From Vicugna vicugna (taxonomy: Eukaryota): a stretch of 64,000 bases of DNA. Both the position numbers and the translations under genes were made by a program. The DNA is taken from the NCBI GenBank assembly GCA_013265495.1, contig MU057701.1:124001-188000 (forward strand), written 5' to 3'. Shown one piece after another: positions 56,700 to 64,000 of the stretch. Numbering within the stretch: position 1 is the first letter of the stretch; each line of letters starts with the position of its first letter. The notes under the pieces were generated by a model. The model saw nothing but the letters and a program-made list of their open reading frames with translations, was not told where the DNA came from and made no database searches.

Positions 56700-58340
56700 C
56701 TCTGGCTCCGGGACACCACCCTTTCCTGGCCACTCAATCTCCAGCTCCTTTGTTGAGTCCTCCACCTCCTCCTCTTGAGAACTGTAAGCACCAAAGCATC
56801 CCAGCGCTCAGTTCTTAGACCTTTTCTCTTTGAACTTGCTCCTTGGGGACCCCACCCAGTCTCACGGATTTACACGCCACCTGCCATGCACGTATGTACA
56901 TGCACTGACACCTCCCAAACATGTGTGTCCCCAGGGACTGCTCTTATGAGCCCCAAACCCCAACTGCCTGGTTGACACCCCCACTGGCAGAGCTAACAGG
57001 CGTCACTCATGTAACTGCCCCAAACTGAACTTCTGTCCTCCCCCGGAGGCTAATCCTCCTGGTCTTCCCCATCTCGGTCATGCCAGCACCATCCTTGGGG
57101 TCACTATTAGCTGTTCTGTTTCTCCCCATCCTCTCTCAATCCAGTCCTCTTGGCTCTGTCTTCAGAATTCATCCAGCAGCTGTCCACTTAAATGGATGGG
57201 TGAACCAGATGTGGTTCATCCAGGCAATGGAATATTATTCAGCTTTAAACAAGAAGGAGATCTGACATGTGCTACAGAGTGGATGAAACTTGAAAACATA
57301 TATACTAAGTTGATTCCACTTATATAAGGTGCCCACAGTAGTCAAATTCACAGAAACAGAAAGTAGAGCCTGGTGAGAGGGGAACAGGGAGTTAGTGTCT
57401 AATGGGTCGAGTTTCAGTTTTACAAGATGAAAAGAGTTCTGTGGATGAATGCTGGTGATGGCTGCATAACAGATGTATTTAATGCCACTGAACTGTACAC
57501 TTAGAAAGGGTGAAGATGGTAAATTTTATGTTATATGGGTTTTACCACAGTTAAAATTAAAAAGAAAAAACAGAATCCGACAACTTCTCATCCATTTTAC
57601 TGCTCCCACCCTGGTCCCAGCCACCAACCTGACATCTCTTGCCTGAATTATTGCTGTAGCCTCCGTCTGCACCCCAGCTTCCTTGCAGACCCATTTTCAC
57701 CCTGCACAAACAGGAGCCTGGTGAACTTCGTCCATGCTGCTCCTCCCATCTCACTCTGGGTCCTGATGGTCTATGACACCAGGGCTTGGATCCCCAGGCT
57801 GTCCCCAAACACACAAGTCCAAGGTCTGGATGGGACACAGAGGCAAAGAGAAGGTAAGACCCAGTTCTAAGTCTGCACCTGCACCTCTGTTAGCTCCTTG
57901 ACCTCATGCTCTTCCCCTCCCCCTTTAGCTATTCCTCCCCGCTCTGCTGACCCTCAGCATTCCTGCCCCAGGGCCTTTGCTCCAGCTGCTTCCTCTCCTT
58001 AAAATTCTTCCCACCAATATCTGCCACGCTTATCCCTCTCCTCTTGCCTCCTTAAGACTTTCCTCACTACCCTGGCCAGCCTTCCCTTACCGGCCCATTG
58101 AAAATTGCCTCTCCAGCCCAGACACTCCTCTCCCTGGTCCAAGTTCCTCCATATCCTAGCATTCTACACGCTTTGCTTTCTAATTTTCTACATTGAGTGT
58201 CTCCCCCTGACCAGAATATAAGCTCACGAGGCTGGGGACTTTTGTCCATTTTGCTCACTGATGTGTATCCTCTGTGCTCAGACCAGTTCCTGGAGATATT
58301 AGGTCCTCAGCAAATCTTGAATGAATGAGTGAGTGAGTGA
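56700..58340 (+). mobile_element. L2 remnant interrupted by an L1MB 3' fragment (about 57185-57565)
   Basis: L2 motifs ccccagggcctttgctccagctg, agaatataagctcacgaggctgggga and tgaatgaatgagtgag tail. L1 motifs aatggaatattattcagctt and gtttcagttttacaagatgaaaagagttctg. Confidence 0.8.
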
Positions 58341-58659
58341 GAAACCATGGGCAAGCGCCCTCACCCCCCTGCACTTCCGTTAGGCTGTCTAGAACAGCGC
58401 TTCACAAACTTTACCAAGAGTCTGAAACTCCCAGGAAGCTGGCTGGACAGACGGCTGGACCGCACACCTAAGGTACTGATGCAGAGGTCCGGGGAGGAGG
58501 TGAGATTTGGTACTCCTAGGAAGCTCCCAGCTGTTGCTGGCCCAATGGCTGCCTACCTCTCAGAGCTGGCTGGGGTGGAGGGTGAGGGGGTCAAAGGGTG
58601 GCCTGACCTGGGGGAGCTTGGAAGAGCTTCTTGGGGGCATCACAGCCCGCGGTTCCCCT

Positions 58660-58930
58660 GGGCACCAGCGCCCCAGGCTGGGTGAGGCCCTGCGGCAAGA
58701 GAGGGAGGCTGGAGCAGCCTCCAGCGCAGGGCTGGCGTGAAAGCCCCCTTTCTCCCAGCAAAGCCCCCCCACCCCGCGCCGCCTGGGCTCCCGCGGGCTT
58801 CGCAGGCCCAGGAGAGGGAGCCGCTGCCCCGCGGTAAGCTCGGGCGGCGCGGGAGGCGGGGAGGCGGGCGGGGAAGCAGCCCCTCCTTCCGGCTCGGGGT
58901 CTCCAGCGCCTGAACCTGCGGGGCGTCCAG
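58660..58930. promoter_or_regulatory. Small orphan CpG/GC-rich island
   Basis: Local CpG enrichment (cgcgccgcc, cgcggg, cggcgcggg), GC boxes, and a donor-like GCG|GTAAGC at 58833/58834. Confidence 0.5.
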
Positions 58931-60469
58931 CCGAGACTCAGCTCATCCACCAGGACCCACAGCAGGAACGTGCCCTTTGTGCACAAACTGCACGACACCT
59001 GGACGAATTTACCTCCCAAATAAGGAGCCGCTCATCCACCATCTACACAGGACCCACAGAGCCCAGCGGTTCTCACGTTCAGAAAGGTCATATAGGTTCT
59101 GTGCAGACCCTGATTCACAGCGGCCTCTCACAGGCTGAGTTCACGTGCGTCCTCTCTGCTCCTTCCTAATCTCTCCTTCTCCTCTTCCGGGGCTGCTGCT
59201 TCGCCCACCGCCCACCCCCCACCAAGCGCCCCTCCTTCTCCGGCCCTCTTGCACATACGAAGGGCATGCCCACCTCGTCCCTCCGCACAGAAGCAAATGC
59301 ACAAGCACCAAGCCTGGCGTCTTACCCCCCGGACCCCCCACCCCACAAGCACACACACTTGCATGTCTGCAGCTCCTGTGCCCAGAACAGCCCCAGGGGT
59401 CTGACTCACCCTCAGACTCACCCCTGTCCAGAAAGGCACACCCACGCCACGTGATCCTGTCCCCGAAGTCTTCTCTAGGAACTATTGGTCCCAGTTTGCT
59501 CTGACGTTTTGAAGACACACACACCTCACAAGGCAGGCGTCCCCCCTCCCAGAAACCCAGCACACCTCCCACCGCCACTCCAAACGCCTGGTTTTCCCAC
59601 CTCAACATCACCCACTCCCTCAGGCCCAACACCCAGAACCAAGACCTACCTTCAGGACAGTCCAGGAGCAGTCAGGGGGTGGCGTTCTAGGATTAATCCG
59701 AATCATTTCTGCTGGTGCTTGAGAAGCAGTTGTCTGGAAACATGCGGCAGCCCCGACAGTGTGTCCCACGCTGTGCTGGACCAGGGGCAGCCGGAAAAAA
59801 GCACCTGCAGGCCCTGCCCTCCATGAGCCCACGGTCCAGTGCTGGCGGGGGAGCCGCTCTCGCTGTTAAATGCTGTGACACAGTGACTGGGTGCCAGGGG
59901 ACCGTCAGAGATACTTGGATGGGTCACAGAGGAGAGGATACTTGGGCTGGAACCACAGAGAATGAGCAGCCAGTTGGCCAGGCAGACAAAGAAGCTGAGA
60001 CATCCAGGCAGCAGATGGAGGCCAGAGCCGAGGCGGCTTCCCGGCCTCGGGGATGTCTGTTGGCACCCGGCTCCTCAGCACTCCCCAAATACCCCGTGTT
60101 CCTAATATCCTTCTGAAAGGTTTTCTCTAGTTACATTGGCCAGAGTAATTTTTCTTATTGTCTCCCCTCAAAGTACCCTCCTTTCAACTGTGAACCTAAA
60201 ACTTTCTTTAAAAAAAAAAAGTCTTTTAAAACAAAACAAAACAAAACATCTATTGCCCACCTACGCTCTTTCAACAGGCAGGACATGCAGTTGTGAACAA
60301 GATGAGACATCAAGCGTGCCTCCTGTCCATCTTCTATCCCCTGTGGTGCCCAGCACTCGCTCAGAAGATCAAACTGGATTCCACAGCCCTGTTTGTGTGG
60401 AGAGAATGTCCTCTAAGGGAGGAAGGGGCATATGTTCACTGGGCTGCCTTTGGTCAAGGTAATAGGAGC

Positions 60470-60950
60470 TGCTCCCAGCTAAAGCCTGGTCTGTTGTTCT
60501 TCCCTTTTTCCACAGTCACAGAACCCTTGATGTTTGGCTGCCTTGAATTAAGACGACATTTCCTCTTCTCTCTTCGTAGCAAGGCAAAACCCACGTGACT
60601 AAGTTCCACTCAAAACAGAAGTGGCGTATATAATTTTCACTTTCAGGAAGTGTCCTTAAGTGGATGATGTGTGTTTCCTTTTCCCCTTCCTTTCTTCCTC
60701 CTAACTGGAATGTAGACATGATGCCTGGCACTCCAGCAGCCATCTTGGATCACAAAATGACTATGCGAATGGAAACCACCTATAGAAGAACCACAAGATA
60801 GAAGGAATCTGGCTCCCTGACACCAAGAGAACCACACTAGCCATTCCTCCAGGTTTCTGGACTATGAAAGAGAAGTATAATTCTACCTTGTTAAATTATT
60901 ATTTTGAATTTTTTTCTTTATTCCTTTTAGCCAAATCTGATCCTATGATA
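60470..60950 (+). mobile_element. Old MLT1 (J/K-like) LTR
   Basis: gatgcctggcactccagcagccatcttgga...agaaggaatctggctccctga. Confidence 0.65.
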
Positions 60951-63179
60951 TATCCATGGATGCCTCTGGGCCTTTCTGTCTCTAGTTGTGTTCCCATTCC
61001 AGTCCCTCCTTTCTGTCTCCATCAGTGTGACCCCCACACAACACAAATCTAATGACTTCCAATAGTTCTATATCACCCATAGGATAAGAAATAAACTGGT
61101 TGGCCACTCATGGTCTTGGCTGGCAGAAAACCAGTTTAATTCCTCCTCCTTGCCTGGTGCCCTGCTATGACACTTAAAGGAAATACTGGTGAAGAACTCA
61201 GAGCTGGGCACAGAGCCAAGGGGTGAGGGCCCCTAACTGGTCAGAGGAGAGTGAAGGTGTAGGGCGAGCCTGATGTGATTGGGAGAAAGGGAAGCCACGT
61301 GGCGACCCCACAGAACTGGGGGGTCCTAACAGGTAATATAGTGAAGAGAGAGCCCAACCAATGGGCTGGGAATTGGCTGAGGCCTGCATACTTGGGTTTC
61401 AAGAAATAATGGCTCCTTAATTGGGATGAAATTAATAACTTGTTAGGCTGTGAAGAAAGGAAATCACATGACCCGTTCAGTCCCCATAGCCTTTACTCTG
61501 GCATCTTAATTGGTTATTTGTGTGTCTGAAACAAATGCTTAGACAATTGCAGCCACGACCCCAAGGGAATGGATCTTCTGTTCTAATTCGTCATTCTGGG
61601 TGCTGGTTCTTGGCCAGCCTCATGAAAGGGGCACGTGGACCGTGGGTCATCCTTTGGTTTCTTGGTGGTTGCTGGCACAGGATGGGAGCTGTGTTTCCAA
61701 AGGCTCCTTGACCAGTCTGGGGCGGAGATCCAATTTTATTTACTGTCCCAGAAGCCACACTGGAACCAGTAAATGTCTGATTGTTATGTACTGTTCTTCC
61801 CAAGTGCGGTGGTAGCGGAGAGGGGGAAGACACTTACTCCACGGCTGGAAACAGAGCTGGTCTTAGGGAAGGAGGAGCTGCCTTTGACTAGGAAAGCGCT
61901 GGGATCAACCACTTTGGGGAGGAAGAGGAAGACCAGGGGAATGATTAGACAGGGATAACGAAGTCTGGTGGTGGGTGTGCATAGTGAGTAGGGGTGTGGG
62001 GGACCACGGTTCATGAAAGAGGCAGGATGGTGCAGCTCAAGTTAGTGGAAACGACTACTTAAAACAGCAAAGCCAACTTCCAGTGATCTTTCTGGCACTG
62101 CTGAGATGTGCCTTCCTCTGGCAATACCCTGAGTACAGCACCAAAGGCCATGTCATAGGTGACCCCCGTGAGTGGTCGTTTGTGAAGGACCCCAGGTCAA
62201 AGGACAATGATCTATATGAGGATCAAGCTCAGGGTGATGCCGCAGATGATCCTATGAGATAACAAGAGGAAACCAGGAGTCGGAAGAAAATTGCAAAAGG
62301 CTCGGGGAGGTGGGATGGAGATTCAAGCAGATCTCATCTGGATTTTAAGGGACAGGGTGAGCCCAGTTGATAGCTGGTGTTCTGGGGAACTGAGTGTCTC
62401 CCAAAAGAGCAGGTGCTCAAAATTATTTCTCCAGGAGAAGGACAAGGTTAGGTGGGTTGAGTTGGGCTGGCAAGGGATAGGATGGGACACATGAGATGGG
62501 CTCAGCCACTAGGACTCATTTGCCTGGGTCTTCTTGGGAAGATGTTAGTCTAGGCTAGAGGAGCTTCCTGTGGTTTGAGAAAAGTCAACTGGGCCATTCA
62601 AGTGCGAAACCCATGACCTTGACCTGAATTCTGTATCTAACTTCATCTACAGACACTTCCCGCCTTCCAACAGACTGATCTGGGGCAGGTTTAGAACTTA
62701 GAAAACATTTTCCAGTAGAAATGGCCCTTTACAATATTCTTCGGTCTCCTTCAGTTGTGGTTTGTGTCCAGCCCACAAAACCGGGGTTAACCTGCAATGT
62801 GTCTGGACCATGCTGCTAACATGTCTTGCGATCCTAGCTACCATTTAAAATATTTTTTTCCCCACAAAGGAAAACACAGTGCTAGTTGTAATTTTAAAAC
62901 AAAACAAAGAAGCAAAGAATGATGCTTTTCCAAGGTCATTGTGAAAGTGGACATTTCCAGGCCTTCATCACTAGCTCATGGGGGAGGGACAAGTGTGAGA
63001 AACTCATGGAGGGGAGAAATTCTGGCAGTGAGGACTCAGATGCAAACAAGGGAAGCACAAGTTATATTCATGAATCAGTAAAACTGATGTGAATCAGTTA
63101 AGAAACACTTAAACATCAGGCACTGCTTCCCTAGTTATGGATCGAGACATGGAAAGGCACCATCTATCCACCCACCATC

Positions 63180-63390
63180 TTGAACTCCCCCTTACACATC
63201 CTTGCCAACTGGTTACTCAACCTCTGCTTGAATATCCCCAGGGACAGGATGCGCACTGTCACCCAAGGGAATAACTTTCTGCTCTCAAGAGCTCTCCGTT
63301 GATAAAACGTGGCATAAACACGTGAACCACCTTTCCTGATCTCATTGTGTCCTTGGAGCTGGAACCCTCCCACCCCTGGGGTTGGGGGAT
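63180..63390 (-). mobile_element. CR1/L3 LINE fragment
   Basis: caacctctgcttgaatatccccagggacaggatgcgcact. Confidence 0.55.
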
Positions 63391-63513
63391 TAGTGAGGAG
63401 GATGCATGTCTAGGGGGGAGAACCCAAAGCCAAGGCGGTTCACAAAGACCTGAATGTTGGGGTCCCTCTCTGCACCCTAACACATGCCAGTGTCCTATGG
63501 CACTGTGACGACT

Positions 63514-63839
63514 TGTCTTAGTTTGAGCTGCTATAAGAATATCTCAGACTGGGGGACTTGAACATCCAATATTACTCCCGCTGGCTGCGGAGTCTGAGTG
63601 CCGGATGGCGGCGTGGTGGGTTCAGGTGGGCGCTCTCTTCCAGGATTCCTTGTGTGGTGGAGGGAGAGAGCTTGGTTCTCTTCATCCCCTTGTAAAGGCA
63701 TCAGTCGCATCATGGCAGCTCCACCCCCATCACTGCACCCAAATCGAGTTACTTCTCCACCTCCACCTACCATCCCATTGAGGGTTAAGGCTTCAATATA
63801 TGAATTTGGGGAGGGGAGTACATAAACGCAGTCCGTAAT
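63514..63839 (-). mobile_element. MLT1A-like solo LTR
   Basis: tgtcttagtttgagctgctataag...ccatcccattgagggttaaggcttcaatatatgaatttgggg. Confidence 0.8.
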
Positions 63840-63844
63840 ACCGC

Positions 63845-64000
63845 TGTTTATTGAGCCATTTGTATATGCTTTAATACTTAGTATTATATACTAAATGTAC
63901 AATTATTAGGTGGTAATAGATATGACTGCTGTTCCCATTTGACAGATGAGGAAAGGGAGGCTGGCAGCTTTTGGTAACTTGTCCAAAGTTGACCCAGTTA
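63845..64000 (-). mobile_element. MIR SINE (runs off the window end)
   Basis: cccatttgacagatgaggaaagggaggct...taacttgtccaaagt. Confidence 0.75.

Noticed and set aside
62540..62640. tRNA-like box (gtgcgaaacccatgacctt)
   Set aside because: No cloverleaf; at most a decayed tRNA-derived SINE head.

Overview
Mammalian (eutherian) genomic DNA, not microbial. The window holds one protein-coding gene I can support: CACNG5 (TARP gamma-5, voltage-dependent calcium channel gamma-5 subunit) on the + strand. Its five coding exons are 32861-33056, 34683-34769, 35600-35740, 38883-39028 and 39280-39537. They total 828 nt (275 aa plus stop), all introns are GT-AG, and the protein ends in the type II TARP terminus -SSPC. 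A CpG-island promoter with a probable non-coding first exon (donor at 5051/5052) lies about 27.7 kb upstream. The rest is intron, 3' UTR or intergenic DNA full of ancient repeats (MIR, L2, L1M, CR1/L3, MLT1/MLT2/MER21 LTRs, MER5/MER20/MER33/Tigger), plus a 26-N assembly gap. An L1 3' end at about 56 kb and the lack of Alu, B1, Bov-tA, PRE-1 or CHR SINEs suggest a cetartiodactyl, possibly a camelid (inference). Nearly all other ORFs in the track are chance ORFs. I see no new multi-gene system. The most interesting unexplained items are a diverged ~300-bp direct duplication (47598-47895 / 50806-51100), an orphan CpG-rich element with a strong splice donor at about 58.8 kb, an E-box/CLEAR palindrome array in intron, homeodomain-motif clusters, a convergent CTCF-like pair, and an open reading frame running through the predicted 5' leader into the CDS. 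Repeat family names and comparisons with human come from memory of consensus sequences, not from searches.
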